Positions 1 to 10,053 are shown, numbered from the stretch's first letter. The stretch: 64,000 nt of DNA from Candidatus Latescibacterota bacterium (GCA_965222075.1 OZ244937.1:1760001-1824000), one strand, 5' to 3'. Made by a program: numbers and translations. Notes: generated by a model not told the origin, from the letters alone.

Positions 1-1
1 A

Positions 2-824
2 CCTGACTGCAGAGATGATACCCAAATTGTTGAGAAAGTTTGGAGTTTATGCAATAGACATGGTAACCAGGTATTTGATGCAATTAAGCGTATGAGAGAT
101 ATCCATGACAATTTATACCAACCGATAGAGGAAGGTTCGTTACTCAAGTTGATCTCCGAACGCGAATATTTGAAAGAGCCAATCGAACGGTTGGTTTCAT
201 CTATACGAGAGAAGGTCTCAGACGCTATCCCTGCTATGTTTCGTCAGAATAAGCCTACAAATGAAAATGATCTGAACACAAAAGTTCATGCACTGCTTAA
301 GACACACTGGCAGGATTTAAGGAGTGAACATCCTGAAGTTTCCTTTGCAGTGGCTCAGGTAGTTCCTGACCACAAAATCGGCACTGATCTACTTATAGAA
401 TCAAAAGAGTGTGTAGGATTTTACGGGCGAAATAACAGTCTGTAAAAAAATCACTTACGAAATTTGTTATCGTGAATTTTCTTGCTTTTCAGGCCAAACA
501 TTTAAAGTATCCTCGATGTTTGGTCTCAATGAGCAGCCTCAGGGGCCAAAATGGGATTTGGGAAATGTCGAGCAGGCATTTATGCTGTCTGAAAGCCCTT
601 TCAAAGCGCCCGCGATTTCCTACACACTCGAATCAAAATACATTCGAGACAGTACAACCCCCAGCGTAGCAACAGATGGAATCGCGGCTGATCTTACGAA
701 ATATCCTGTGGATTTACACATTTTGTTTCTCGTTTATGATCCCACGCACAGGATTGCTGATGATCAAGAATTCATTAAAGACATCGAAGCAAAAGGCCGC
801 TGCACTGTCTGTATACTCCGTTGA
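2..824 (+). pseudogene. Protein with C-terminal PD-(D/E)xK (REase DpnII/MboI-like) nuclease domain, interrupted by a MITE; 5' end lies outside the window
   Basis: Frame open from position 2. Motifs NENDL...VPDH...LLIESK; removing 407-638 joins IESK to YIRDSTT...HILFLVYDP in frame (ORFs 92..445 and 516..824 are the two halves). Confidence 0.75.
407..629. mobile_element. 223-bp non-autonomous MITE with 23-bp imperfect terminal inverted repeats and 9-bp target-site duplication
   Basis: Left TIR GAGTGTGTAGGATTTTACGGGCG (407-429), right TIR CGCCCGCGATTTCCTACACACTC (607-629), direct repeat GAATCAAAA at 398-406 and 630-638; no transposase. Confidence 0.92.
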
Positions 825-846
825 GGAGATTAGCCAGGGTAAAGTT

Positions 847-1023
847 ATGAATTTGCGAGATCGTTATCGTAGTGTCTTTCTGGGACTTGCCACAGGGGAC
901 GTGCTGGGAACGACGCTGGAGTTTGCGCATTCAGGACAATTTGAGCCGATTGAAGATATGATTCGTGGTGGTCCATTTGGACTGGAACCCGGTCAATGTA
1001 CAGATGACACCGGGATTGCCTAA
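847..1023 (+). pseudogene. ADP-ribosylglycohydrolase (DraG-like) N-terminal fragment
   Basis: MNLRDRYRSVFLGLATGDVLGTTLEF...GGPFGLEPGQCTDDT then stop after ~58 aa; the family is ~300 aa. Confidence 0.8.
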
Positions 1024-1172
1024 CGCTCGTTGTCTCTCAACTTCAGGTGCCTTCCAATACTTCAGAGACACCGGCCGTAGCGTGACAAACGGTCGATCGA
1101 AAGCTAAGCGTTTCACCGCTGACCGGATGAGCCATCCGCTCGGCAGATTGAGTCGTTCGATTGCCGCCTCAA

Positions 1173-1901
1173 TCACGTCTCGCTTCCGTAAGTCGCCATA
1201 TAGCGCCGCTCGACCCGGCCTGAGACCAGCATAGCACCGATTATGATCAACCACAGAAAAAATGCAGTCCCGATCGCAGGGTGAATCATCGTAGCGGCGT
1301 CAAACCAGATGAACTGCATCGCGACGCCCAAGACCGCCGACACCGGCGCTATCTTGCGCAGCGTACCGCCCACCCGCCACTGATACGGGGAGGCGACTAT
1401 CAGCGCGACCCCGGCCGCGGCGAAGCCCGCTTTGCCGGTAATCCACCTGATGCTGGACATCCAATTCAATACGGTGAGGTCGGTCATTGGAGAATCCCCG
1501 GCGGTTGAAACGGGATCCAGCGCCATATGAACCGCTATCAGGATGGCGCATGCACCCGACGCGGCCGTGAAGCCACCCGACACAACGAACAGGTACGGGA
1601 CGAGCGGTGTTGCCCGGCGCCCACGGATGATCCATGTTTGCAGCAATAACCAGCCTGCCGCGAGAAACGACATGCCGGACAGCAGGCGGGCAATTCCCGA
1701 GGTGACGTACATAAGGGGATATTCTGAGACAGCTTGAAGAGACTGCCGCAGCGTTGGCTGGTCGGCGTCGGCAGCCACCCTGGTGTAAACCATTACTACT
1801 GTGAACATCGCAGCAAGCAGCAACAGAACACCTGCCCTACGAGCCGCCCGGTCCGGTGACTGTACCGGCGCGGATGCTGGCGAACTGGTCGCATCGGACA
1901 T
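1173..1901 (-). CDS. Hypothetical multi-pass membrane protein
   Basis: 242-aa ORF with about six hydrophobic segments; GGAGG RBS upstream. Confidence 0.7.
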   Translation of the reverse strand: MSDATSSPASAPVQSPDRAARRAGVLLLLAAMFTVVMVYTRVAADADQPTLRQSLQAVSEYPLMYVTSGIARLLSGMSFLAAGWLLLQTWIIRGRRATPLVPYLFVVSGGFTAASGACAILIAVHMALDPVSTAGDSPMTDLTVLNWMSSIRWITGKAGFAAAGVALIVASPYQWRVGGTLRKIAPVSAVLGVAMQFIWFDAATMIHPAIGTAFFLWLIIIGAMLVSGRVERRYMATYGSET

Positions 1902-2056
1902 TTCTGTAACCTCCCTCCGGTCGGCCTGGTACAGGACCTGATCCGGATTGAATCGGAAGCCGCCACAGGGTTGATTCCAGGCTATTTTCTCAGTTCTGAG
2001 GCCAACGGAGCCGCTTGGAGGATATCTCGTACGCTTAGAAAACAGGATCTTGCCCT

Positions 2057-3085
2057 ATGGCTTTTGGAGTCGCGGTGCTCGGCACCGGCCGCATCGGCGG
2101 CAGATACATCGAGGTGGTGAAGAAGACGCCCGGCGCCGACATCGTGGTCGTTGCCGAGCCCAGGGAGGATGCCGCCGCGTCCTGGCGGGACCGACATCCC
2201 GACGTCGATTTCGTCGCCGACTACCGGGAAACCCTCGAACGGGACGACGTGGATGTCATCATCGGAACCCTGCCGCACTGGCTCCACTACCAGGCCGCGC
2301 TCGACGCCGCGGCGGCTGGCAAGCACATCTACATGGAGAAACCGACCGCGGTCTGGGCTTCGCAGGCGGAGGAGATGCTGGACGCGGCCCGCGAAAACGG
2401 CGTCAAGCTCATGACCGCGCACACGCAGCGGTATTTTCCCGCCGTCAAAGCGATGAAGGGCGTCGTCGACCGCGGCGACCTGGGGTCGGTGATCATGGCC
2501 TACGACGTGTGGCACAAGCCCTACGGCCCGTACAACCGTCCGGAATGGATGCTGGACCGCGACCGCGGCGGCGGGATGGGTCAAATGGACGGCACGCACC
2601 AGATCGACCGTCTGCTCTGGATCATCGGTTACGACATCGCTACCGTTTCGGCGCAGCAGGGGCAGTTCACCTACCCGAAATCGGAGCATCCCGCGATCAA
2701 CTGCGACGACACCGGCATGTACTTCATCCGATGGAAGAGCGGTATCGTGGCGACAATCAGCCGCATCGCATGGGAGCGCGGCGCGACAGAGTACGGCGGC
2801 GACTGGTTCTTCACCAACGGAATGGCACGCTTCCGCCTGTCCTATGGCGGTGGTGGCTCTCCGGGGTTATTCATCGCCGACACGGGCGCCGGCACGTGGC
2901 GACGCGAAGCCGTGCCAATTCGCGACAGCCTGCTGGACGAATTCACCGAGTTCATCGAGTCGCTTGAACGAGGTGACGAAGATACACCCATACCTCAGGT
3001 TCACGGCCTGAACGTACTTAAAGTGCTCGAAGCAACCGAAGAATCTGCGCGCACCGGGCGCGAAGTGGTGCTAAGTCTGGAATAA
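2057..3085 (+). CDS. Gfo/Idh/MocA family oxidoreductase
   Basis: Rossmann GTGRIG, EKP motif, GGGMGQMDGTHQID. Confidence 0.9.
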   Translation: MAFGVAVLGTGRIGGRYIEVVKKTPGADIVVVAEPREDAAASWRDRHPDVDFVADYRETLERDDVDVIIGTLPHWLHYQAALDAAAAGKHIYMEKPTAVWASQAEEMLDAARENGVKLMTAHTQRYFPAVKAMKGVVDRGDLGSVIMAYDVWHKPYGPYNRPEWMLDRDRGGGMGQMDGTHQIDRLLWIIGYDIATVSAQQGQFTYPKSEHPAINCDDTGMYFIRWKSGIVATISRIAWERGATEYGGDWFFTNGMARFRLSYGGGGSPGLFIADTGAGTWRREAVPIRDSLLDEFTEFIESLERGDEDTPIPQVHGLNVLKVLEATEESARTGREVVLSLE

Positions 3086-3184
3086 AAATGAGAGGGTAAC
3101 AGGTGTTCGAGGAGCATATCGATGGGACTCTCGGCGAGCTTGAACGCCGGCAGACAGGGAACGCACGTAAGGAGAGATACGCAA

Positions 3185-3970
3185 ATGAACAAAATACGCA
3201 CACTTTTCGAGGAGAACGGCTACTACCTGGCCAAAGGCGTCTTTTCGCCAGACGAAGTGGGCCGGCTTGAAAACGAATTTGATCGAATCGTACAACAACT
3301 CAACGAACACGACGACAGCGGCACCTTGAACAATAACGGTGTCATCGACACACGCAATGTGCAGCAGTATTCGGGGCTATGGATGGCGGCCCTGCTTCAC
3401 GAAAAGTTCCTCGACATTGTTGAACAGTTCATCGGTCCCGACATCGTTCTCAACCATACCACACTCTTTGAGAAGCGGATGACAACTGCTCCAACGCCCT
3501 TCCGGATGCACCAGGACTGGAGCTATCTGCCAACCCGGATAAACACCATGATTGCAGGAATGATCCATGTCAGCGAAGCCACGGAGGAAATGGGCTGCCT
3601 CAGAGTCTATCCCGGCTCGCACAGACACGGCCGGGTGGAAGGCTCTACTGCCGTTCATGCCGCGTTCCACAAACAGTTCCCATTTGAAGGCGCCACGGCG
3701 ATTGAAGCCCAGCCGGGTGACGTCATCTTCTTCGATTACTTCATTGTACACGGTTCGACGTCCAACCGCTCTGAAACGCCAAGGAAGGTGGTGATTGCGC
3801 GGATGTTTTCCGGCAGGGACCAAAAGGAGGACATCTACCAGTTCAGTGAAAATCTGGTGTTGCGCGGATGGAACTACCATACGACCTCCGCCACGGCCAG
3901 GAAAGCAGTTTTGAGGCCCGCAAAGAACACCGGAGAACCCGCTGACACAGAGAACGCACAGAAAAGCTGA
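3185..3970 (+). CDS. Phytanoyl-CoA dioxygenase (PhyH) family 2OG-Fe(II) oxygenase
   Basis: FEENGY N-terminus, HQD and distal HGS..N.S..R motifs, GCLRVYPGSH; start chosen by RBS. Confidence 0.9.
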   Translation: MNKIRTLFEENGYYLAKGVFSPDEVGRLENEFDRIVQQLNEHDDSGTLNNNGVIDTRNVQQYSGLWMAALLHEKFLDIVEQFIGPDIVLNHTTLFEKRMTTAPTPFRMHQDWSYLPTRINTMIAGMIHVSEATEEMGCLRVYPGSHRHGRVEGSTAVHAAFHKQFPFEGATAIEAQPGDVIFFDYFIVHGSTSNRSETPRKVVIARMFSGRDQKEDIYQFSENLVLRGWNYHTTSATARKAVLRPAKNTGEPADTENAQKS

Positions 3971-4126
3971 CATCATTTTACCGCTCAAACGGAGCAACCG
4001 GCACGTGGGCGTGGACGAGGCCGACGACGAGATCGTCGACTCTCTTGATGTCCGAAGGGGAAGTGATCTCGCAATGACACCACGCCCAGCAAGAATGTGG
4101 ACAATTGGAACGAAAGGCAGTATCGC

Positions 4127-5449
4127 ATGATTACGAAAATTGAGATCGGAGGCTACCGGCTCCTCGACGAGTTTGAGGCAGACTTCAAGCCGCTGACAGT
4201 GGTGATCGGCGCAAATGCCGTCGGCAAAAGTACGCTGATCGATTGTCTGCAACTGATTGCCGAGTGTTGCGAGGTTCCCCTGAATACCGCGATTGGGTTG
4301 CATTATGGGGCAGCGTCCCTTCTTACGTCAGGGAACGGGAATGGGCAATTGACCTGGAACATCACTTTTCATGAGCCCACCACGTGGGATGCTTTGCCAT
4401 TGGAACACGAAGAGCCTCTGGTGTATGAGGTCGTTCTTCAGGCCGACCCACAGGGCCAGATGCACCCGCAATACGAGGTTCTCAGGACTCAAGAGCCAAG
4501 ACAGGGATACAGCAACCCCCTCAAGTTTCTGGAGGTGACCCCGTATCGACGGCATATATTCGACAGAACAAAGCACCGATTGATACCGTTTGATGAAACG
4601 CAATCCGCACCTGATGTTGTCCGCGATGCCGATTCAGCGGCAGCCCCGCCGAGGAGCGGAGGAACAGGCCTGCCTGCAGCGCAGGGCACTGCGCAGGCAG
4701 GCGCACAACAGGAGGCCGCGCTGCTGCTATCACAAATCCGATTCTTCAACGAGTTTCCCGTTCCTTCCTGGGTACGCGTTCTATTGGCGAATATGGCGTT
4801 CTATCCGGGTTTCGATGTGACACGGTCTTCCACGCTTCGCACCAGGGCCGCCGATATCAAACCAATTACAAGATTATCGGCTAACGGCGACAACCTGGGT
4901 ACCGTGCTGCACGAAATCCTGACCCGATACGATTACCGGTCAGCAGCAGAGGAGTTGCGCGATTTTCTGCGCGTAGCCTATCCCGCATTTGAGGACATCC
5001 ATTGCGATACCACCTATGGAACGCCGCCGCAAGTGCTCGCTGTGGTGCGCGAGAAAGGCATGTCCCGCTCCATGAATCTGTGGGATCTTTCGGACGGCAT
5101 GCTGCGATTCCTTTGCCTGGCGACAGCTCTGTTGAATCCGCAACCTCTGCCACTGGTAGCGATTGACGAACCGGAATTGGGTTTGCATCCCGGTCTGTTG
5201 CCGATTGTGGCGGAAATGATCAAGACAGCGGCGGAGCGCACCCAGGTGCTCGTGACGACACACAGCCCGGATTTGCTCAACTGCTTTGACATAGCCGATG
5301 TTGCCGTGATGGCGCGGAATGCAGACGACGCAAAGGTCGCGTGGCATCGTCCCGCGAACCGTAAGACGCTTGTGCAAATGCTCGAAAACGTTACTGATGA
5401 AACCCTTGGCGACCTGCACCGCTCCGGCGAACTGGAGGCGGTTGTATGA
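4127..5449 (+). CDS. AAA/ABC-type ATPase (AAA_21/AbiEii/OLD-like)
   Basis: Walker A GANAVGKS, LSDG signature, IDEPELGLHP, TTHS. Confidence 0.88.
   Translation: MITKIEIGGYRLLDEFEADFKPLTVVIGANAVGKSTLIDCLQLIAECCEVPLNTAIGLHYGAASLLTSGNGNGQLTWNITFHEPTTWDALPLEHEEPLVYEVVLQADPQGQMHPQYEVLRTQEPRQGYSNPLKFLEVTPYRRHIFDRTKHRLIPFDETQSAPDVVRDADSAAAPPRSGGTGLPAAQGTAQAGAQQEAALLLSQIRFFNEFPVPSWVRVLLANMAFYPGFDVTRSSTLRTRAADIKPITRLSANGDNLGTVLHEILTRYDYRSAAEELRDFLRVAYPAFEDIHCDTTYGTPPQVLAVVREKGMSRSMNLWDLSDGMLRFLCLATALLNPQPLPLVAIDEPELGLHPGLLPIVAEMIKTAAERTQVLVTTHSPDLLNCFDIADVAVMARNADDAKVAWHRPANRKTLVQMLENVTDETLGDLHRSGELEAVV
4669..4701. repeat. 33-bp palindromic element CCTGCCTGC...GCAGGCAGG, in-frame in the AAA ATPase
   Basis: CCTGCCTGCAGCGCAGGGCACTGCGCAGGCAGG encodes LPAAQGTAQA. 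Confidence 0.85.
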
Positions 5450-5535
5450 AACGGTGGAATTCACCTAAGCAACGCAGATCCCACCAGTATACCGGCAAAA
5501 CTCATCGCATATAGGCAAGAAGAGGAAGCACAATT

Positions 5536-6393
5536 ATGGATCATCGCATAGAAATCAATCGAAGGAACTGGAACGAGCGCACCCCTGTTCATGCCGCCTC
5601 TGAATTCTACGATGTGGCGGGATTCCGCAATGGTCAGATAACGCTGAACGACATAGAAAGAACTGAAGTGGGCTCCGTTGAAGGCAAGTCCCTTCTGCAC
5701 CTCCAGTGTCATTTTGGCATGGACACTATGTCGTGGGCCCGCTTGGGCGCGCAGGCGACAGGGGTTGACATCTCAGACGCCGCGATCGATTTAGCGCAGG
5801 CACTGAATGATGAACTTCAATTGAATACTCGGTTTATCCGTTCCAATGTCTACGACCTGCCCGATGTGCTGGATGAAGAGTTCGACATCGTATACATGGT
5901 TATGGGCGTGCTCTGCTGGTTGCCAGATTTGTCTGAATGGGCGCATATCATCGCCAGATTTCTCAAGCCCAACGGTATTTTCTACATCTTGGATGGCCAC
6001 CCGTTCTCGCACGTATTTGAATCTGAAGAGAACCAGGCTGGAGTTCAAGAACTACGAGTGCGATACCCATACTTCAAAAAAACCGAAGGTGAGTTCTACG
6101 AAGGTGGTAACCACAGTTATGCGGGTTCGGGCATAATAGAAGCTGGGTGTTACGAGTGGCAGCACAGCGTTGGTGAGATACTGAATGCCATCCTGGATGC
6201 TGGATTGCGGATCCAGTTCTTCCACGAGTTTGCACACAGTGGCTATAAAGCTTTTTCGTGCATGGAAAAAGGCAGGGATGGCTGGTGGCGGCTTACATCG
6301 CACAACGACTCAGTCCCACAATTATTCTCGCTGAAGGCGACTAATGGTCGATTTCGCAAATACACATGCAGAAGTGGCGAAAAAGGTGGGTAG
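5536..6393 (+). CDS. Class I SAM-dependent methyltransferase
   Basis: NRRNWNER, LLHLQCHFGMDT, GVDIS, FDIVY, LKPNGIFY. Confidence 0.9.
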   Translation: MDHRIEINRRNWNERTPVHAASEFYDVAGFRNGQITLNDIERTEVGSVEGKSLLHLQCHFGMDTMSWARLGAQATGVDISDAAIDLAQALNDELQLNTRFIRSNVYDLPDVLDEEFDIVYMVMGVLCWLPDLSEWAHIIARFLKPNGIFYILDGHPFSHVFESEENQAGVQELRVRYPYFKKTEGEFYEGGNHSYAGSGIIEAGCYEWQHSVGEILNAILDAGLRIQFFHEFAHSGYKAFSCMEKGRDGWWRLTSHNDSVPQLFSLKATNGRFRKYTCRSGEKGG

Positions 6394-6457
6394 AAGAAGG
6401 CTTCACTTTGGATGATCTTCCCCGCAGTGGGCGATGCCGTCTGCGCCAAAGCGGCTC

Positions 6458-6570
6458 CCATTACTCCCCCCTTGAGGGGGAGTCGGCAAGGCAGGGGCAC
6501 CAGCCCGCAGCGGTCGATACCTGGCGGGAATTCACGGCCCCCCCTCATTACTCCCCCCCCAGGGGGGAAT
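6458..6570. repeat. Intergenic REP-like repeat (CATTACTCCCCCC-N-GGGGGAGTC hairpins), two units
   Basis: Units at 6458-6490 and 6546-6570; related sequence at 9728-9827 (inverted) and 61409-61458. Confidence 0.75.
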
Positions 6571-6665
6571 GGAAAAACCGCGGGCTTCGACCCGCATCTC
6601 CCCACTTGCTGCTTTAGCCGCATGACAGGCATTTCGGCAACAGCATCCTAAACGGGGGAACTCCA

Positions 6666-7523
6666 ATGCATCCGATTGAGCATTTGTTGTATTTTAGCTG
6701 TACTTTGATTCACTGGGTGGTGCCATCCCATCCGGTTCACAGGTTGATGAATGCACAACATGCGGTGTTTACGCCGGCGCAGGGGCATGTGGGGGTCATT
6801 GTTCTTATCACCTGTCTGACGATTACATCCTGTACCTCCACGCAGGGTGCAGCCGAGGCTGAGTTCAGCTTCACTTTTCAAAGTGATGCCGAAGGCTGGA
6901 CGGCCGGATTTGCCGACCTTCCCGCCGACTTCGAGCCATCGATCTACGAACTCGACTCCGGTTATCGCCCTCTTCCACCAGGTCTCGAAGGCAATGGTCT
7001 CTACATCCAGGGACATAATCGCAGCGACGACCTCTTTATGTTTTTCAAGAGGCGGATTGACGGGCTTAGGGCAGATGCGACCTACGCGGTATTCGCGTCC
7101 CTCGACCTGGCGACCAGCGTTCCGTCCAACTCCTTTGGCATCGGTGGCTCTCCCGGCGAGAGCGTGTACGTAAAAGCGGGAGCGTCCACCGTTGAACCCG
7201 TAGCAGTGGGGGAAAACCTCAGAATGAACATCAACAAGGGAAACCAATCCAACGGCGGCGAGTCAATGGTCGTTCTGGGAAACGTCGCTCATCCCGAGGT
7301 TAGCGGCGAAGAGTTCCGGCTCAAATCTCTTGACAACGCCGACAATCCAGTGAATGTCACCACTGACAGCAAGGGCGGGCTCTGGCTGATCGTCGGTACC
7401 GACTCTGGCTTTGAGGGACTGAGCACTTTCTACTACGCCCGCATTTCCTACACACTCAAAATAGTGGAATCCCCCAACCCGGGGGCTTCACTTCTCGGGC
7501 CGAATAACCGGAGTTTGGATTAG
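6666..7523 (+). CDS. Conserved hypothetical lipoprotein fused behind a sterol-desaturase gene fragment
   Basis: First 41 aa (MHPIEHLLYFS...SHPVH...AQGH) resemble fatty acid hydroxylase/sterol desaturase; then a hydrophobic stretch, lipobox-like ITSC and a GWTAGFADLP...HNRSDDLFMF domain. Confidence 0.65.
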   Translation: MHPIEHLLYFSCTLIHWVVPSHPVHRLMNAQHAVFTPAQGHVGVIVLITCLTITSCTSTQGAAEAEFSFTFQSDAEGWTAGFADLPADFEPSIYELDSGYRPLPPGLEGNGLYIQGHNRSDDLFMFFKRRIDGLRADATYAVFASLDLATSVPSNSFGIGGSPGESVYVKAGASTVEPVAVGENLRMNINKGNQSNGGESMVVLGNVAHPEVSGEEFRLKSLDNADNPVNVTTDSKGGLWLIVGTDSGFEGLSTFYYARISYTLKIVESPNPGASLLGPNNRSLD

Positions 7524-7713
7524 GTTTGCGCGGGCACTCAATCCCCAGGTTCACCTATACTCAAGCCCCTTGGCTGGAAACACCCGAGTTTTTCGACGAA
7601 CATCGATCTGGCGTCCTCCCGCTTCACCCGGATCAGGAGTTGCCCTGTTGGTTCAATAACCGCGCACGCCACAGGAGGGGACAATGCAAAATGAGACACG
7701 CTCCTTCAGTGGC

Positions 7714-8712
7714 CTATATCCGCAGGACCGCCGCTCCGTTGAGCTGTCCATTTTTCATTCGCCTTAAGGCGGTGTTCGCGTGCGCAAGTGGGTATGCTTC
7801 GGTCTGAGTATGGAGCGGTATGCTGTGTGCCAGGTGGAGCAACGCCTGCCCGTCCTGGCGCGTGTTGGCCGTGACACTGCGGAGGGTGCGCTCATAGAAG
7901 AGAGCGTCGGCATAATCGAGCGGCGGAATCCGGGTCATGTGGACTCCGGCCAGGGCCAGGGTTCCGCCCCGGTCCAGCGCTGCCAGGGCAGGAGGGACCA
8001 GGTCTCCTGCCGGAGCAAAAATAATCGCCGCATGGAGTTTCTCCGGCAGGGGATCGGTGATCTCCCCTACCCAGGTGGCGCCTAACCGGGTGGCGAGATC
8101 GCGGTGTGTCTGGCCCCGCGTCACCACATAGACTTCGCAGTCCCAATGCCGGGCAATCTGGATGACAATATGGGCCGAACCCCCAAAGCCATACAAGCCC
8201 AGGCGTTGTTTGGGTTGGACGCCACACCGCTGTAAGGCGCGGTAGCCGATAATCCCGGCACACAGAAACGGGGCGGCTTCCACTGAGGAGAGCGCAGCAG
8301 GCAGGGGGTACACAAATGCCTCTGGAGCGACAACATATTCGGCGTAGCCACCGTGTTTGGTATAGCCGGTAAATTGAGGCTGCTGGCACAGATTTTCATC
8401 CCCGCGCCGGCAATAGATGCACTGCGTACAGGCAGCGTAGAGCCAGGCAACGCCGACCCGGTCGCCTTCCTTGAGGTGCTGTACACCTGCTCCGCTGCGT
8501 ATTACGCTGCCGACGATTTCATGGCCGGGGATGAGGGGACTGCGCTGGGCCGGCAGGTCGCCTTCGGCAATATGCAGGTCGGTCCGACACACCCCGCACA
8601 CCTCGACACGAATGAGGACTTCGCCCTGGGCCGGCCGGGGAGTCGGGAGGTCCAGCGAGTGGAGAGGATGGGTCTCGATCGGTCCGGGAGAGACAACGGC
8701 CATCGCTTGCAT
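7714..8712 (-). CDS. Zinc-dependent alcohol dehydrogenase (AdhP-like)
   Basis: CGVCRTDLH, PGHEIVG, CxxCxxC-x7-C structural zinc, GLYGFG. Confidence 0.93.
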   Translation of the reverse strand: MQAMAVVSPGPIETHPLHSLDLPTPRPAQGEVLIRVEVCGVCRTDLHIAEGDLPAQRSPLIPGHEIVGSVIRSGAGVQHLKEGDRVGVAWLYAACTQCIYCRRGDENLCQQPQFTGYTKHGGYAEYVVAPEAFVYPLPAALSSVEAAPFLCAGIIGYRALQRCGVQPKQRLGLYGFGGSAHIVIQIARHWDCEVYVVTRGQTHRDLATRLGATWVGEITDPLPEKLHAAIIFAPAGDLVPPALAALDRGGTLALAGVHMTRIPPLDYADALFYERTLRSVTANTRQDGQALLHLAHSIPLHTQTEAYPLAHANTALRRMKNGQLNGAAVLRI

Positions 8713-8750
8713 CGGGTTCCCCTGAGGTGAGACTTGTGCGCCCCCTGCTG

Positions 8751-9536
8751 CTATTTCGCCACCCCGGCGTTTACGCCCAGCTCCCGGCGATACGCTTCCA
8801 GGGTCATCAGATCACCGGGAGCGACATTGCCCAGGTTGACCTGGAAACCGTAACGGTCAATCAGTTCACGCCTCATCCGATGGACGTCGTGCAGGTTCAC
8901 ACCGGCAATCCACGGACCGGGCAGTTCGAACATCACCCGCTCCAGTCCTACCGCCTCCACCACCTCCTCCACCTCTTTTGCCGTATCCGCATCCTCGCTG
9001 ACCAGTTCAGCGGCCTCCAAAAGGACGATACGGGAGCCGGCATCCAGGCAGGCCAGTGCATCGTCGACCATCCGGACCGCAGCTTGCAGCCCTTCTTTCT
9101 GCCCCACCTCTCCCATGACCGACAGACCGTACTCTTCCACAGCCTTCCGGATCATTCGCACCTTCCATTCAAGCGAAACCGATGCCAGGTTGTCGGAGAC
9201 CTCAACCCAACAGTACCCGGCCTGGACAGCCGCAGGAAAGTAGAGGTCTGATTTGCCATATACCTCGGCGTATTCCAGGTACTGTCCCCCGGGAAAAGCC
9301 TCGATCTCGTGCGCCTGATACTGCTTCAACTTGGCTGTTAGCAGGTCGTTGGAAAGCAACCGGGAAATCCCCACCGCAACCTTGGCAAAGTCAAAATAAG
9401 ACGCCGTGGTTGCAAGCAGGTCTTCCTGCGCGTTCAGGCCCAGTCCCCAGTCCACCACCATGGTCAGCCCCTCGTCCCTCGGCTTTCCCGGTCGATCCTT
9501 CCCGTCCAGTCCTTCAAAGAAGTGTGTGCCTTCCAA
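8751..9536 (-). CDS. comA: Phosphosulfolactate synthase
   Basis: KPRxxGLTMVVDxGL, FPGG.YLE, VEVSD, EVG.K, VNLGNV...LEAYR. Confidence 0.85.
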   Translation of the reverse strand: MEGTHFFEGLDGKDRPGKPRDEGLTMVVDWGLGLNAQEDLLATTASYFDFAKVAVGISRLLSNDLLTAKLKQYQAHEIEAFPGGQYLEYAEVYGKSDLYFPAAVQAGYCWVEVSDNLASVSLEWKVRMIRKAVEEYGLSVMGEVGQKEGLQAAVRMVDDALACLDAGSRIVLLEAAELVSEDADTAKEVEEVVEAVGLERVMFELPGPWIAGVNLHDVHRMRRELIDRYGFQVNLGNVAPGDLMTLEAYRRELGVNAGVAK

Positions 9537-9727
9537 TGCGTACCTCCATTTCCAATTAAAGTGACGCGTTCAAAGTTCAAGGTTCAGCCCAGGCACGGTT
9601 TTCGCTCGCGCTCGGGAACTCACCAGGAATTTTAAAACAGTTGTCATGCGCCCCTCTGGGGCACCCATTATGATGAAAATGGTTGCGCAACAGACTTGTG
9701 TGGTAACCGTACACGCCCGCGCACACA

Positions 9728-9827
9728 TTTCGCCTCTGCGATCCGATCCCCCACCGCATCAGCCGTCCCGACTCATGCTCAGGCCCTCGCGCTTCTGCGA
9801 CTCCCCCTCAATCGGGGGGAGTAATGG
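9728..9827. repeat. Intergenic composite REP-like repeat, inverted relative to the 6458 and 61409 copies
   Basis: 9799-9827 is near-identical to the reverse complement of 6458-6484; 9728-9744 is the exact reverse complement of 61442-61458. Confidence 0.75.
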
Positions 9828-9854
9828 AGGGCCGCTTTGCATGGGTGTGAAGTC

Positions 9855-10053
9855 CCCCTGGCGTCGGATGTTCGGGCACAATTCCCATCCCGAGTTGGTC
9901 ACAAAAACAACCGTGACCGTTCGGCCGAAACGTCCAGGAGTTCGCCGCACCTCGCTTCGACCTCATCCTCGTGAACCTGACGTCCCTCCTGTTGGGCCTC
10001 GTACATCAGATTGTTGATCCACAGCGTGAGGCAGTCGACCAGGAGCACCTCTT
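9855..10053 (-). pseudogene. cobU: Adenosylcobinamide kinase/guanylyltransferase remnant
   Basis: VLLVDCLTLWINNL, then frameshifted TVVFVTN and GMGIVPE motifs; N-terminal P-loop missing. Confidence 0.8.

Noticed and set aside
472-669. Small ORF inside the MITE as a transposase
   Set aside because: Too short, with no DDE or HTH features; it is an incidental frame.
1024-1172. Possible additional gene fragment on the minus strand (IERLNLPSGWLIRSAVKR...)
   Set aside because: No family recognised; cannot be supported without a database search.
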